Source of the DNA: Bacteroidetes bacterium RIFCSPLOWO2_12_FULL_35_15
GTDB taxonomy: Bacteria; Bacteroidota; Bacteroidia; 2-12-FULL-35-15
NCBI GenBank assembly: GCA_001769385.1
Contig: MEPB01000037.1
Location: 12,241 to 76,240, forward strand
DNA length: 64,000 nucleotides
Direction: 5' to 3'
The position numbers and the translations under genes are program-made. The notes under the pieces are model-generated. The model saw only the letters and a program-made list of their open reading frames with translations. It had not been told where the DNA came from and searched no databases. Positions 9,880 through 21,101 of the stretch are shown here, one piece after another (positions within the stretch are counted from its first letter, which is position 1; every line of letters starts with the position of its first letter).

Positions 9880-10870
9880 AAAATAAATTTTCATCAATAT
9901 CCACCATACATTTAAAATGTCCTTTCGGGCATTTATCATAACCAATTTTAGAGCAGGGACGACAGGAAAGATTTTTTACTTCTACCATTTTTGAATTCAG
10001 ATCAGCCAAGTAAGGAGTAAAACCAAACGCAGGAACTGTATTTCCCCAAACCGAAATAATTTCTTTTTTGAAGGCAGCGGCAATGTGCATTAATCCTGTA
10101 TCGTGTGTAATGATTTTTTTTGCATGTTTAATCAAGGATGCTGATTGATTCAAATTGTATTTTCCGCAAGCATTATAAATGTTCGTTCCGATAGCTTTTT
10201 CAATTTCATATGCTTTGGCAATATCTTCTTTCCCTCCTAATAAAATAATTGGTTGGTTAATTTTTTTACAGATTGAAATTATTTTTTCAGTTGGTAATTG
10301 TTTGGTAAAATGTTTCGCTCCGATCACAAAGCCAATGTACCCTTTTTGATGCACTGATGGAAGTGATGTAATTTGTATTTCATCTTTTTCAGGAATAAAA
10401 TAATCCAAACCTTTGTTATCATTGTTTATTCCGAGCTTTTCAACTGTCTGCATGTAGCGGTCAACAATATGTAATGCGGGCATTTTGTTGATCTTGAAAT
10501 TAACCAGGATCCATTTTTTGAAATTTAATTTTTTGAAAGAAGAGGAAGGTTTTCCTAAATTAATTTTTATACGCGAGGAACGTAAGTTGTTATGAAGATC
10601 GATCACAAAGTCAAATTTCTCTTTTTTTAATTCAGAAATTACATCCTTTACATTTTTTTCAAGGATATGAATTTTTGTGAGATAAGGATTGTTTTCTAAA
10701 ATCCCTTTAAACGATTTTTTAGTGAGGTAATGAATTTCAATCTCCGGCTTTTGTTCTTTGATACATCTGATTACGGGTGTAGTCAATACAATATCGCCAA
10801 TAGAACTAAAACGTATGATGAGTATTTTTTTCAAATTTATTTGATTTTTAAATCCGCTAGTCACCTCCAT
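9878..10870 (-). CDS. glycosyltransferase family 9 (LPS heptosyltransferase-like)
   Basis: IIRFSSIGDIVLTTP, HDTGLMHIAAA, CRPCSKIG..CP.GHFKCM; true start may be TTG 10834. Confidence 0.92.
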   Translation of the reverse strand: MEVTSGFKNQINLKKILIIRFSSIGDIVLTTPVIRCIKEQKPEIEIHYLTKKSFKGILENNPYLTKIHILEKNVKDVISELKKEKFDFVIDLHNNLRSSRIKINLGKPSSSFKKLNFKKWILVNFKINKMPALHIVDRYMQTVEKLGINNDNKGLDYFIPEKDEIQITSLPSVHQKGYIGFVIGAKHFTKQLPTEKIISICKKINQPIILLGGKEDIAKAYEIEKAIGTNIYNACGKYNLNQSASLIKHAKKIITHDTGLMHIAAAFKKEIISVWGNTVPAFGFTPYLADLNSKMVEVKNLSCRPCSKIGYDKCPKGHFKCMVDIDENLF

Positions 10871-10892
10871 TTTGGGAGGATTAGGGAGAGGT

Positions 10893-11885
10893 TTATTTCT
10901 CCGAATAAATTACTTCCAGCAATGTTTGTCCAACGGCTTTCAATGTAGTTTTATCAATTATGCTCATGTTGTCAGAATGTTTGTGATGGTAATCACCGAA
11001 TCCTCCTGTAGCTTGATTGTATTCAATTATATCAATACAAGGAACTCCTGCTTTATTAACCCAAATATGATCATCGATACCTACAAAAGATTTTGTTTGT
11101 GATGAAAAATAATTTCCATAACCAATATCGTTTGCTGTTTTCCAAACTTTATTAACGACTGCAGAAGCGAATTCAACAGAATTGCTTTCTTTTGGAAAAA
11201 TAGCATTTGCACCACCAACCATATCTAATAATACCCCAAAATTTGCTGTATAGTTCGGTATGTGTAAATTTTTTGACCAGTATTGTGAACCTAAGCACCA
11301 GGTGTTTTCATCTCCTCCGCTTTCGCCATAATCTTCCATATCAAAAAGTATAATATCAACTCCAATGTTTGGATTTTTCAAATTTACCTGACGGGCAATT
11401 TCCATTCCTATACCAACTCCACTGGGGCCATCATTTGCACTATCAAAAGGCTTGTCAGGGTCTTTTGTATCCGAGTCGGCCCAGGGACGTGTATCCCAGT
11501 GTGAGCAGATCATTATCCGACTTTGAAGTTCAGGTTTATAGGATGCGATAATGTTTTTCAAACTGAACTGTTTTTTATCGAAAGTTTGAACGGTTCCTTT
11601 TTGAATGATCACATTCATACCGAATGATCTTAATTTTGCTGCCAGATAATCTGCGCACCTAGCATGTGCTGAAGATCCCGGAATCCGCGGACCAAAATCA
11701 ACTTGTGCTTTTACATACGAGTAGGCTGAATCAGAATTAAAATCGGGAGCAGGTATTTTTTTTACTTCAACTTCAGGCACTATAACCTTTTCTTTAGGTT
11801 CAGTGCCGCAAGAACTAATAAACAGGACTATCGAAACAGCAATAATTAATTGAATTTTATTCTTCAATCGACCAGGTTGCACCAT
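10893..11885 (-). CDS. M28 family peptidase / glutaminyl cyclase-like lipoprotein
   Basis: Lipobox ISSC; SHWDTRP, ANDGPSGVG, FDMEDYG, LLDMVG, DDH motifs; start probably TTG 11867. Confidence 0.85.
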   Translation of the reverse strand: MVQPGRLKNKIQLIIAVSIVLFISSCGTEPKEKVIVPEVEVKKIPAPDFNSDSAYSYVKAQVDFGPRIPGSSAHARCADYLAAKLRSFGMNVIIQKGTVQTFDKKQFSLKNIIASYKPELQSRIMICSHWDTRPWADSDTKDPDKPFDSANDGPSGVGIGMEIARQVNLKNPNIGVDIILFDMEDYGESGGDENTWCLGSQYWSKNLHIPNYTANFGVLLDMVGGANAIFPKESNSVEFASAVVNKVWKTANDIGYGNYFSSQTKSFVGIDDHIWVNKAGVPCIDIIEYNQATGGFGDYHHKHSDNMSIIDKTTLKAVGQTLLEVIYSEK

Positions 11886-13329
11886 CTTTTGTATCTTTAA
11901 TAGTAATATTGATCTTTTTTAAATCATCTCGTAATTTATCAGAAGAGGCAAAATCTTTTTTTGTTTTTATCTCTTTCCTGATCTCTAAAATAATTTCCAT
12001 AACACCTTGTAATGCTTTATCTTTCGATGTATTCGAACTTTCTGATTTTAATCCCAGAACATCAAATACAAAATTATGCATCAATTTTTTCAATCCTTTT
12101 ATGTCACTTTCAGAAAAAGAAATTTTACCATCATTGGCGGAATTAATTTCTCGAGTAATCTCAAATAATTCAGCAATTAAAACAGGTGAATTAAAATCAT
12201 CATTCATTGCATCGTAACATGCTTTTATTCGTTCATTAAGAAATATTCCTGAATTCGAGGAAGGCTTGATCTTTTCTAATGTTTTGATTGCAGTCATCAA
12301 ACGTGCATACCCTTTTTCGGATGCCTGAAGTGCTTCATTCGAAAAATCTAATGTACTTCGATAATGACTTTGCATCATAAAAAAACGTACCCCCATCGGG
12401 CTATATCCTTTTTCCAGTAAGGGATGATTTCCTGTAAACAGCTCGCCCGGTAAAAACCCATTTCCTGCTGTTTTCGACATGCGAACTCCATTAACAGTAA
12501 GCATGTTAGTATGCATCCAGTATTTTACAGGTGATTTGTGGTTGCAGGCTTGTGATTGTGCTATTTCGTTGGTATGATGGGTTGCCTGCAGATCCATTCC
12601 ACCGCCATGTATATCAAATGTGTTGCCTAAATATTTACTGCTCATCGCTGAACATTCAATGTGCCAACCTGGAAATCCCCATCCCCATGGAGAAGGCCAG
12701 CGCATTAATGTTTCTGGTTTTGCTCCTATCCACAATGCAAAATCCAGTCGGCCACGTTTTTCATCTTGCCCGCTTAGTTCACGGGTCCCTTCCAATAGAT
12801 CTTCTAATTTGCGATTGGTAAGCTGTCCGTAAGGAAATTCTTTATTGTATTTTTCAACATCAAAATATACAGTTCCATTTATTTCATAGGCATATCCTTT
12901 TGAAATAATTTCTTTTATCATTTCTATTTGCTCGCAAATATGTCCGGTTGCTGTAGGTTCGATGCTGGGAGGAAGCGTATTGAATGCTTGCATTACATCA
13001 TGAAAACCAAGCGTATATTTCTGAACAATTTCCATGGGTTCCAGTTGTTCGAGTTTTGCTTTTTTAGCAAATTTATCATCTCCTTCATCCCTGTCACCTT
13101 CCAAATGGCCAGCATCAGTTATATTTCGAACATAACGCACTTTAAACCCAAGGTGTAATAAGTAGCGATAAATTAGATCGAAAGAAATAAATGTTCGGCA
13201 GTTTCCTAAATGAACATCACTATATACGGTTGGTCCACAAACATATAAGCCAACTAATCCTGGATTTACAGGCTCAAATTTTTCTTTTGTTCTCGAAAGA
13301 GTATTGAATAATGTAAGTTGATTTTGCAT
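11857..13329 (-). CDS. cysS: cysteine--tRNA ligase
   Basis: YVCGPTVY, HLGN, PGWHIECSAM, DIHGGG, RMSKT. Confidence 0.97.
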   Translation of the reverse strand: MQNQLTLFNTLSRTKEKFEPVNPGLVGLYVCGPTVYSDVHLGNCRTFISFDLIYRYLLHLGFKVRYVRNITDAGHLEGDRDEGDDKFAKKAKLEQLEPMEIVQKYTLGFHDVMQAFNTLPPSIEPTATGHICEQIEMIKEIISKGYAYEINGTVYFDVEKYNKEFPYGQLTNRKLEDLLEGTRELSGQDEKRGRLDFALWIGAKPETLMRWPSPWGWGFPGWHIECSAMSSKYLGNTFDIHGGGMDLQATHHTNEIAQSQACNHKSPVKYWMHTNMLTVNGVRMSKTAGNGFLPGELFTGNHPLLEKGYSPMGVRFFMMQSHYRSTLDFSNEALQASEKGYARLMTAIKTLEKIKPSSNSGIFLNERIKACYDAMNDDFNSPVLIAELFEITREINSANDGKISFSESDIKGLKKLMHNFVFDVLGLKSESSNTSKDKALQGVMEIILEIRKEIKTKKDFASSDKLRDDLKKINITIKDTKDGATWSIEE

Positions 13330-13338
13330 AAATAAAAA

Positions 13339-13363
13339 GGACTTATGAAATTTTCATAAGTCC
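13339..13363 (-). terminator. hairpin with minus-strand T tract, abutting the cysS -7 box (13363..13370)
   Basis: ggacttatgaaa-t-tttcataagtcc with 12-bp arms, followed by TTTTT on the minus strand. Confidence 0.65.
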
Positions 13364-13402
13364 AAAGATATTAAGTTTTTAAGATTAATTACGCTGTAAA
13401 AA

Positions 13403-14281
13403 TTATTCTTCAATTACAGCATCGCCAATATATTTTCCTGCTTTATAAATTGCAATACGAGTTAAGATACCGTCATTGCTATAATAGTACACTTTCCCTT
13501 CAACTAAGCGGTTTTTACTGAATGTACCATCTTTTGATACTTGTTTATTAGAGTTATATAATTTCCAATAACCTTCACCGTTAAACACTTTACCCAGATT
13601 ATCTTTTTCAGTTTTTTGAGGAATCACCGGTGGGGCTTCTACTACTTCATCCGGTTTTTTAGCTACAATAGGTTTTTTAGGTTCAAATGTCTTTGTAGTC
13701 GCAACATCAAGGGTTCCACCGTTAAAATTTTTCTCGGATTTTATGTCCCCATTTTCATAAAATTCCTTTAATACACCGGATTCTTTTCCTTCAGCCCAAC
13801 TTCCTTCAATCATAACCTGTCCGTTTTCATGAAAATATTGTTGCGTTCCTTCACGTTTTCCTGTTGCATTAAATTTGAATGCTTGCTGAACCTGGCCATT
13901 TTCATAGTAAAGTTTGTAATCTCCTACCCAACGGTTATTTTTCCATAAACCTTCTTCTTTGATCTTTCCATTATCATGGTACATAACAGCATAACCACTA
14001 GGACGATTGTTTTCATAAGTGATTTTACTTTTTACGTTGTTGTTAGGGTAATATTCTTTCCAGATACCAATCTTCTTGCTATCCGTATATTTTCCCTCTT
14101 CAACTTTTTGATCATCCTTGTATTCTGGTTTGTGAACCATTTTGTTGAAAATGATCCATTTACCTTGCTTTTTACCGGCTAGGTCAGTAAAATTTATAGT
14201 GTCATTATTGTTTAATTCAAAAGACTGAGCTATTACAATTTTACAAGTGATGAATAATAATATTAAAATAATTTTTTTCAT
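13403..14281 (-). CDS. MORN-variant (YwqK-like) repeat exported protein
   Basis: Signal peptide; repeated G.WKEYY.NG..K.EG units. Confidence 0.8.
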   Translation of the reverse strand: MKKIILILLFITCKIVIAQSFELNNNDTINFTDLAGKKQGKWIIFNKMVHKPEYKDDQKVEEGKYTDSKKIGIWKEYYPNNNVKSKITYENNRPSGYAVMYHDNGKIKEEGLWKNNRWVGDYKLYYENGQVQQAFKFNATGKREGTQQYFHENGQVMIEGSWAEGKESGVLKEFYENGDIKSEKNFNGGTLDVATTKTFEPKKPIVAKKPDEVVEAPPVIPQKTEKDNLGKVFNGEGYWKLYNSNKQVSKDGTFSKNRLVEGKVYYYSNDGILTRIAIYKAGKYIGDAVIEE

Positions 14282-14408
14282 TGGAGTAGATAATTTTATT
14301 TTATATTTCTATGCTAAATTACTGCACTTTTTCTTTTATTAATGATTAATTAGACCAAAAGGAGTATTAAATCGACCAATCATAAATCCGATATTTTTAC
14401 GAATAGGT

Positions 14409-15374
14409 TTACATATAGGTTTCACTTTCCGTACACTTTTTTAAATTTTTTATCATATCATTTGTCATTCCAATTAAATCAAATTCAGGCTTCCAGTTCC
14501 AGTGTTCAGCAGCCATACTGGAATCAATGCTTTGAGGCCAGCTGTCAGCAATAAATTGGCGTGAATCCGATTTATAAGAAATACTAAAATTGGGAATATG
14601 TTTTTTTATTTCGATTGCGATATCTTTTGGTGAAAAACTTAAACCGGATAAATTATAACTCGAACGTATTTTTATTTTATCCGGATCGGCCTGCATAATT
14701 CCAATAGTTGCCTTTATTGCATCCGGCATATACATCATTGGTAAAGTAGTGTTCTCGGATAAGAAACACTCATAAGAGCCTGTTTTAATTGCTTCATGAA
14801 AAATATGAACGGCATAATCCGTAGTGCCACCACCAGGAGCTGATTTCCAGCCAATTAATCCGGGATAACGTAAACTCCTCACATCTACATTGTATTTGTT
14901 ATAATAATACTCGCACCAGCGTTCTCCAGCTTGTTTGCTAATTCCGTAAACCGTACTCGGTTCCATTATCGTGTATTGTGGTGTATTTACTTTTGGTGTA
15001 TTCGGTCCAAAAACAGCGATGGAGCTGGGCCAATAAACTTTGGAGATTATTTTTTCTTTCGCAAGATCCAAGACATTAAACAAGCCAATCATATTTAAAT
15101 CCCAGGCAAACTTTGGGTTTTTTTCCGCTGTTGCCGAAAGCAGTGCAGCTAATAAATACACTTGATTGATATTGTGCCGTTTGACGATCTCAAGTAAATT
15201 TTGAGTGTTTAAAACATCAATTACTTCAAAAGGCCCATCTTTTGCTTGTTCTGTGACTTTTATGTCAGAGGCAATTACATTGTCAATGCCATAAATGTTT
15301 CTTAGATTTTCAACCAGCTCAATTCCAATTTGTCCGGATGAACCAATTACCAATATTTTCTCGCTCGTTCGCAT
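14409..15374 (-). CDS. NAD-dependent epimerase family, L-threonine 3-dehydrogenase (SDR type)
   Basis: GSSGQIG, LAALLSATAE, YGISK, PGGGTTDYA, IADSWP; ATG 15374 preferred. Confidence 0.88.
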   Translation of the reverse strand: MRTSEKILVIGSSGQIGIELVENLRNIYGIDNVIASDIKVTEQAKDGPFEVIDVLNTQNLLEIVKRHNINQVYLLAALLSATAEKNPKFAWDLNMIGLFNVLDLAKEKIISKVYWPSSIAVFGPNTPKVNTPQYTIMEPSTVYGISKQAGERWCEYYYNKYNVDVRSLRYPGLIGWKSAPGGGTTDYAVHIFHEAIKTGSYECFLSENTTLPMMYMPDAIKATIGIMQADPDKIKIRSSYNLSGLSFSPKDIAIEIKKHIPNFSISYKSDSRQFIADSWPQSIDSSMAAEHWNWKPEFDLIGMTNDMIKNLKKCTESETYM

Positions 15375-15467
15375 ACCAAATATAATTGAGAGGCTAAATA
15401 TCACTATTATATTTTAATCTGAAAAATTTGTATTGCTGACATAAATCATGATTTCGCTCATTATCCT

Positions 15468-15475
15468 TATATTTG
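15468..15475 (+). promoter_or_regulatory. Bacteroidota -7 box (TATATTTG)
   Basis: TAnnTTTG 24 nt before ATG 15500; overlaps the track's TTG start, which argues that start is wrong. Confidence 0.6.
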
Positions 15476-15499
15476 CTATGTTTTAAACAGCTGAAATTT

Positions 15500-16546
15500 A
15501 TGTTATTACAAAACAGAGTTAATAAAAATGAACTGAAAAAGAGGATTAAGGAAGACGATACAAAGCGTATCACTGTTTCTTTTTACCGATATGTAATTAT
15601 TGAGAATCCACAGGAACTAAGGGATAATTTATTTGCTCAATGGACCAATTTAAAGATATTAGGTCGCATATATATTGCACAGGAAGGAATTAATGCACAA
15701 ATGTGTGTGCCTTTAGAAAATTGGGAATTATTCAAAGAAAATTTATTTAAGGATAAACGTTTTTATAGTATTCCATTTAAGATAGCGATAGAGGATGATG
15801 GTAAATCATTTTATAAACTGACACTAAAAGTGCGTCCGAAAATTGTTGCCGATGGCTTGGATGATAATGCATTCGATGTTACTAATGTCGGAAATCATTT
15901 AACTGCGAAAGAATTTAATGATGCAATGGAAAGTCCCGACTCGATTGTTGTGGATATGCGTAACCATTATGAAAGCGAAGTTGGTAAATTCATTGGTGCT
16001 ATTTGTCCGGATGCGGATACTTTTCGTGAAGAGTTGCCAATAGTGTTAGAAGAATTAAAAGACAAGAAGGATAAGAAGATCGTGATGTATTGTACGGGTG
16101 GTGTGCGTTGCGAAAAGGCAAGTGCCTATCTCAAACATCATGGTTTTAAAGATGTAAATCAATTGCATGGTGGAATTATTGATTATGTTCGACAAATAAA
16201 GGCGGAAGGCTTGGAATCAAAATTTATAGGAAAAAACTTTGTATTTGATGAAAGAGTTGGTGAACGAATTACGGAAGATGTGATCGCACAATGTCATCAA
16301 TGCGGTTCTCCATGCGATACACATGTAAATTGCGCAAATGATGATTGCCATTTATTATTTATACAATGTGAGAGATGTGTTGAAAAAATGAAAGGTTGTT
16401 GCACTCCGGAATGTATGGATATTGCTTTGTTACCGGTTGAAGAACAGCGTGCTTTGAGAAAAGGAAGAAAAAAACAAGATTCATTAGCTGTTTATAAAAG
16501 TCGGTTACGACCTAATTTGAAAGAAATCTTAGATAAAAGAGCTTAA
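15500..16546 (+). CDS. trhO: rhodanese-domain tRNA uridine(34) hydroxylase (YceA/TrhO)
   Basis: [42 protein letters not shown]. Confidence 0.9.
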   Translation: MLLQNRVNKNELKKRIKEDDTKRITVSFYRYVIIENPQELRDNLFAQWTNLKILGRIYIAQEGINAQMCVPLENWELFKENLFKDKRFYSIPFKIAIEDDGKSFYKLTLKVRPKIVADGLDDNAFDVTNVGNHLTAKEFNDAMESPDSIVVDMRNHYESEVGKFIGAICPDADTFREELPIVLEELKDKKDKKIVMYCTGGVRCEKASAYLKHHGFKDVNQLHGGIIDYVRQIKAEGLESKFIGKNFVFDERVGERITEDVIAQCHQCGSPCDTHVNCANDDCHLLFIQCERCVEKMKGCCTPECMDIALLPVEEQRALRKGRKKQDSLAVYKSRLRPNLKEILDKRA

Positions 16547-16734
16547 ATGAAATTATTTATTAAATGTTTAAATTTTTGTTTTTTTTGAAAAATGTATCAA
16601 AGAATATTTTTCAAAAAAAAGCTTCTTTCAACATGTTGAAAATCAAGCACTAAATTTCCCCGGATTTCTCTTTTTGTCAGTATTATTATTATGATTAATT
16701 TCGATGTTCTATACTAAAGAAGAGCATTAGAAAT

Positions 16735-19134
16735 ATGTGGGCATCAATAGCACGATTTATTTTACGTAACAGAATAAAAATAATTATTGTATTAGGTCTA
16801 ATTACTGCTGTAATGGGCTATTTTGCACGTACTGCAGAAATTAAATACGAATCTCCCAAATTATTACCCGATCACGATACCACTGCTATTGAATATAAAG
16901 AATTCAAAAAACGTTTTGGGCAAGATGGAAGTGTCATGTTTATTGGTATCAGTGATAATGGATTATATAAATTAGATCGTTTCAATCAATGGTACGATCT
17001 CGGGAATGCAATAAAAGAAGTTTATGGTGTTAAAGCTGTTGTTTCAGTGGCTCGTCTTCAAAATCTTCGTAGAAATGATAGTTTAGGTAAATTCGAAAAT
17101 TTACCAATCATCACTCATCGTCCCACAAAACAAACAGAAGTTGATAGTATCAGGCAGGTTGTTCAAAGTCTTCCATTTTATCAAGGCATCATTTATAATG
17201 ATTCGGCCCATGCTACTTTAATGGCAATTACATTTGATGACAAACAATTAAATACAAAAAAAAGATTTGATATAGTTGATAATATCAAAAAGGAAGTAGA
17301 TAAATTTGTTGGGCTTTCTCGTGTGGAGGTACATTATTCAGGAATGCCCTATATTCGAACAGCTGTAGCCAGAAAGATAAAGGATGAAACCACATTGTTT
17401 ATGGTTCTTGCTTTTATTGTCACCGCAATTATCTTGTTTTTCTTTTTTCGCTCATTTTTACCCGTTATTTTTTCACTGGCTGTAGTATTTGTGGGTGTTA
17501 TCTGGTCGGTCGGGTTGTTGGTTCTGGTCGGCTATCAGATTTCTGTATTAACAGGATTGATACCTCCTTTACTCATTGTTATTGGTGTCCCCAATTGTAT
17601 CATGCTGCTCAACAAGTATCATACGGAATACAAAAAGAACGGGAATAAAATGCGATCCTTATCACGATCCATTGAAAAGGTGGGTGTTTCTTTATTTTTA
17701 GCGAACATTACAACAGCTATTGGGTTTGCCGTGTTTTGTTCGACCGATAGTACCTTGCTGTTTGAATTCGGATTGATATCTTCTATCAGCGTAATATTTA
17801 CCTACCTGGTTTCAATGATGCTTATTCCAATTGTTTTTAGTTTTTTGCCTGCCCCATCTGTAAAACATACCAAACATTTACAAGCAAAATCTATTACAAA
17901 ACTCCTGGAAAAAATAGATTATTCGGTACATCATCACCGAAAGATAATTTATATAACAGTCATTATCATAATAGGCATTTCAATTTTCGGGATCACTAAA
18001 ATAAAACCATTGGGTTATGTGGTGGATGATTTACCTAAGAAAGATCCTGTACTCCTTGATTTAAAATATTTTGAGAAAGATTATCGTGGGGTATTACCTT
18101 TTGAAATTAGTATTGATACAAAAAAACCAAATGGAGTTTTTTCTGATGGAGGCCGTACACTCTATAAGATCAATAAACTTCAAAAGCTGATGGCGCAGGA
18201 TTCTGTTTTTTCAAGAGCTGTTTCGGTAGTAGAAGGAATTAAGTTTTTTAATCAGGCATATAATGACGGAGAGAAAAAATCGTACCGCCTTCCCGGGGCT
18301 ATCGAATTACAAAAGATCGCTGATTTTGCAGGTAATGATGTAAAAGGACGACAAGGACAGTTTGCAGCTTTTATTGATAGTACAAAACGATATACACGGG
18401 TAAGCATTGCAATGGCAGATATAGGGTCGCTGGAAATGGCAAAATTGATAAATAAGCTTCAACCGCGCATTGACAGTCTTTTCAATTTTGATTATGAAAC
18501 AAATACCTGGTTAAGCGCAGATAAAAATTTTAAAGTGGTAATGACAGGGAGCAGCTTAATGTTTTTAAAAGGGAATCAATTTTTGGTGGAAAATCTTTTG
18601 GAGAGTGTTTTGCTGGCAATTATTCTGATTGCTATTGTCATGTACACCTTATTTATGTCGCCACGAATGATCATTATTTCGGTAGTTCCCAGTTTGATCC
18701 CTCTGATTATTACAGCAGGCTTGATGGGTTTCTTTGATATTCATTTAAAACCAAGTACCATTTTAATTTTTAGTATTGCCTTTGGTATAGCATCAGATGG
18801 GACATTGTATTTTCTTACAAAATACAGGCAGGAATTTAAACAGAATAAAAATAATATTTCAAAAACGGTGTCATTAACTATTCGCGAAACAGGAGTGAGT
18901 ATGATCTATACTGCAATTATTTTATTCTGCGGTTTTGGAATTTTTACTGCATCAAGTTTTGGTGGAACCAAAGCCTTGGGATATTTAATTTCTTTAACAC
19001 TACTGATCGCATATTGCTCAAACTTACTGTTATTGCCATGTTTTTTGCTGTCATTAGAAAAACGGTTAACTAATAAAGCATTTTTACAAGAACCGCTTAT
19101 TGAAGTAGATGACGAGGAAGAGACACTAATTTAA
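16735..19134 (+). CDS. MMPL/RND family transporter
   Basis: Two TM blocks each preceded by a large periplasmic loop; SIAFGIASD, TTAIGF motifs. Confidence 0.88.
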   Translation: MWASIARFILRNRIKIIIVLGLITAVMGYFARTAEIKYESPKLLPDHDTTAIEYKEFKKRFGQDGSVMFIGISDNGLYKLDRFNQWYDLGNAIKEVYGVKAVVSVARLQNLRRNDSLGKFENLPIITHRPTKQTEVDSIRQVVQSLPFYQGIIYNDSAHATLMAITFDDKQLNTKKRFDIVDNIKKEVDKFVGLSRVEVHYSGMPYIRTAVARKIKDETTLFMVLAFIVTAIILFFFFRSFLPVIFSLAVVFVGVIWSVGLLVLVGYQISVLTGLIPPLLIVIGVPNCIMLLNKYHTEYKKNGNKMRSLSRSIEKVGVSLFLANITTAIGFAVFCSTDSTLLFEFGLISSISVIFTYLVSMMLIPIVFSFLPAPSVKHTKHLQAKSITKLLEKIDYSVHHHRKIIYITVIIIIGISIFGITKIKPLGYVVDDLPKKDPVLLDLKYFEKDYRGVLPFEISIDTKKPNGVFSDGGRTLYKINKLQKLMAQDSVFSRAVSVVEGIKFFNQAYNDGEKKSYRLPGAIELQKIADFAGNDVKGRQGQFAAFIDSTKRYTRVSIAMADIGSLEMAKLINKLQPRIDSLFNFDYETNTWLSADKNFKVVMTGSSLMFLKGNQFLVENLLESVLLAIILIAIVMYTLFMSPRMIIISVVPSLIPLIITAGLMGFFDIHLKPSTILIFSIAFGIASDGTLYFLTKYRQEFKQNKNNISKTVSLTIRETGVSMIYTAIILFCGFGIFTASSFGGTKALGYLISLTLLIAYCSNLLLLPCFLLSLEKRLTNKAFLQEPLIEVDDEEETLI

Positions 19135-19247
19135 ATGGGTGAAAATTAAAAATAAAGTTGAATGAATTAATTAGGTTGATTGAGGTGTTTAATATTCTTA
19201 ATTTTCAATAATTAACTTTTTGACTCCATTAACTTAATAACTATTTT

Positions 19248-20111
19248 ATGAAAGGAATAATCTTAGCAGGAGGTTCAGGAACACGCTTACATCCTCTTAC
19301 ACTCGCAGTAAGTAAACAATTAATGCCGGTATATGATAAACCAATGATTTATTATCCACTATCTGTATTAATGATGGCAGGTATTTCAGAGATATTGATC
19401 ATTTCAACTCCACATGATCTGCCAAACTTTGAACGATTATTGGGAGATGGAAAAAATTTGGGTTGCAAATTTAGTTATGCTGTTCAGGAAATTCCAAATG
19501 GTCTGGCGCAAGCATTTGTAATTGGCGAAAAATTTATCGGGAAGGATAAGGTTGCATTAATATTAGGTGATAATATTTTTTACGGAGCAGGTTTAGGAAG
19601 GTTGTTACAACAACATCAAAATCCTGATGGAGGAGTTGTTTTTGCATACCATGTTTCTGATCCCGAAAGATATGGTGTTGTAGAGTTTGATGAGAATGAA
19701 AAAGCAATTTCCATTGAAGAAAAACCTTCTCATCCGAAATCAAATTATGCTGTTCCCGGATTATATTTTTATGATAACAGTGTGGTGCAAGTTGCTAAAA
19801 CCTTAAAGCCGAGTGCAAGAGGGGAATATGAAATTACAGATGTAAATAAATATTATTTGCAACAAGGAAAATTAAAAGTTGCTATTTTGGATCGAGGAAC
19901 AGCTTGGCTGGATACCGGAACATTTGCATCACTTACTCAAGCAGGGCAGTTTGTTCAGGTAATTGAGGAGCGACAAGGATTGCGTATTGGCTGTATAGAA
20001 GAAGTTGCCTATCGGATGAAATATATTAATAAGGAACAATTAAAACAACTTGCCGAGCCGTTAATGAAAAGTGGTTATGGTAATTATTTAATGAAACTCG
20101 CAGATAATTAG
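19248..20111 (+). CDS. rfbA: glucose-1-phosphate thymidylyltransferase
   Basis: [37 protein letters not shown]. Confidence 0.97.
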   Translation: MKGIILAGGSGTRLHPLTLAVSKQLMPVYDKPMIYYPLSVLMMAGISEILIISTPHDLPNFERLLGDGKNLGCKFSYAVQEIPNGLAQAFVIGEKFIGKDKVALILGDNIFYGAGLGRLLQQHQNPDGGVVFAYHVSDPERYGVVEFDENEKAISIEEKPSHPKSNYAVPGLYFYDNSVVQVAKTLKPSARGEYEITDVNKYYLQQGKLKVAILDRGTAWLDTGTFASLTQAGQFVQVIEERQGLRIGCIEEVAYRMKYINKEQLKQLAEPLMKSGYGNYLMKLADN

Positions 20112-20150
20112 TGTTTTTTTTAATGCGATTTCATACTAAAATTTAATATT

Positions 20151-21095
20151 ATGATTGATAAAATTAAAATTCTAATAACAGGTGGTGCAGGATTTATTCC
20201 AAGTGCATTAGCTGAAAAGCTGGCTGAAAGTCCTGAAAATTATATTGTTATAGTGGATAGTTTGTTAACAGGAAGTCTTGAAAAAGTACCTGTTTCAAAA
20301 CACAATAACATTAAGTTTATTAAATGCGATGTTAATGAATTTCGGGACATATCAAGCGTGTTTTATGCTTATTCGTTTGATTATGTTTTTCATTATGCTG
20401 CAATGGTTGGGGTAAAAAGAACCTTAGAAAACCCTGTTAAAGTATTAAATGATATTTCGGGTATCAAGTACATATTAAATTTATCGAAAAATTCAGGTGT
20501 TAAAAGAGTGTTTTATTCATCCTCATCTGAAGTATATGGTGAACCTGTGGAGTTTCCTCAGAATGAACATACAACTCCATTGAATTCTCGTTTACCTTAT
20601 GCGATCGTAAAAAATGTGGGGGAGGCTTATTTAAAATCATTTAAAAAAGAATACGATCTGGATTATACTATTTTTAGATTTTTCAATACATTCGGACCTA
20701 AACAAAGTAAAGACTTTGTTGTTTCGAAATTTATTTCGGCAGCTTTGAATAATAATGATATTACCTTATATGGTGATGGAAAGCAAACCCGGACATTCTG
20801 TTTTATAGATGATAATATTGAAGCAACTACAAATGCATTTTATAAAAAATTAGTTGTGAATGATGTAGCGAATATTGGCGGGGATATTGAAACAACTATT
20901 TTGGAGTTGGCACAAATAATCATCAGATTAACCAATTCCAAATCAAAAATAATTTATTTACCTTCTCTTGAAGAGGGTGATATGACACGAAGAAGACCCG
21001 ATACTACAAAAATGAAACAATTGCTTCATCGTGATCCAATTCTATTGGAAGCAGGGTTAAAGAAAGTGTTGGAAAATACCAAATTTATTTTATAA
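20151..21095 (+). CDS. NAD-dependent nucleotide-sugar epimerase/dehydratase
   Basis: ITGGAGFI, SSSEVYG, YAIVK, RFFNTFGP. Confidence 0.88.
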   Translation: MIDKIKILITGGAGFIPSALAEKLAESPENYIVIVDSLLTGSLEKVPVSKHNNIKFIKCDVNEFRDISSVFYAYSFDYVFHYAAMVGVKRTLENPVKVLNDISGIKYILNLSKNSGVKRVFYSSSSEVYGEPVEFPQNEHTTPLNSRLPYAIVKNVGEAYLKSFKKEYDLDYTIFRFFNTFGPKQSKDFVVSKFISAALNNNDITLYGDGKQTRTFCFIDDNIEATTNAFYKKLVVNDVANIGGDIETTILELAQIIIRLTNSKSKIIYLPSLEEGDMTRRRPDTTKMKQLLHRDPILLEAGLKKVLENTKFIL

Positions 21096-21101
21096 TACAT
21101 T

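Noticed and set aside
13403..14281. Toxin-antitoxin (YwqK antitoxin) reading of the MORN proteins here and at 49701..51431
   Set aside because: Both have signal peptides and no adjacent toxin; such repeat proteins are common in Bacteroidota
19248..21095. O-antigen/capsule cluster
   Set aside because: Only rfbA and one epimerase; no flippase, polymerase or glycosyltransferase run
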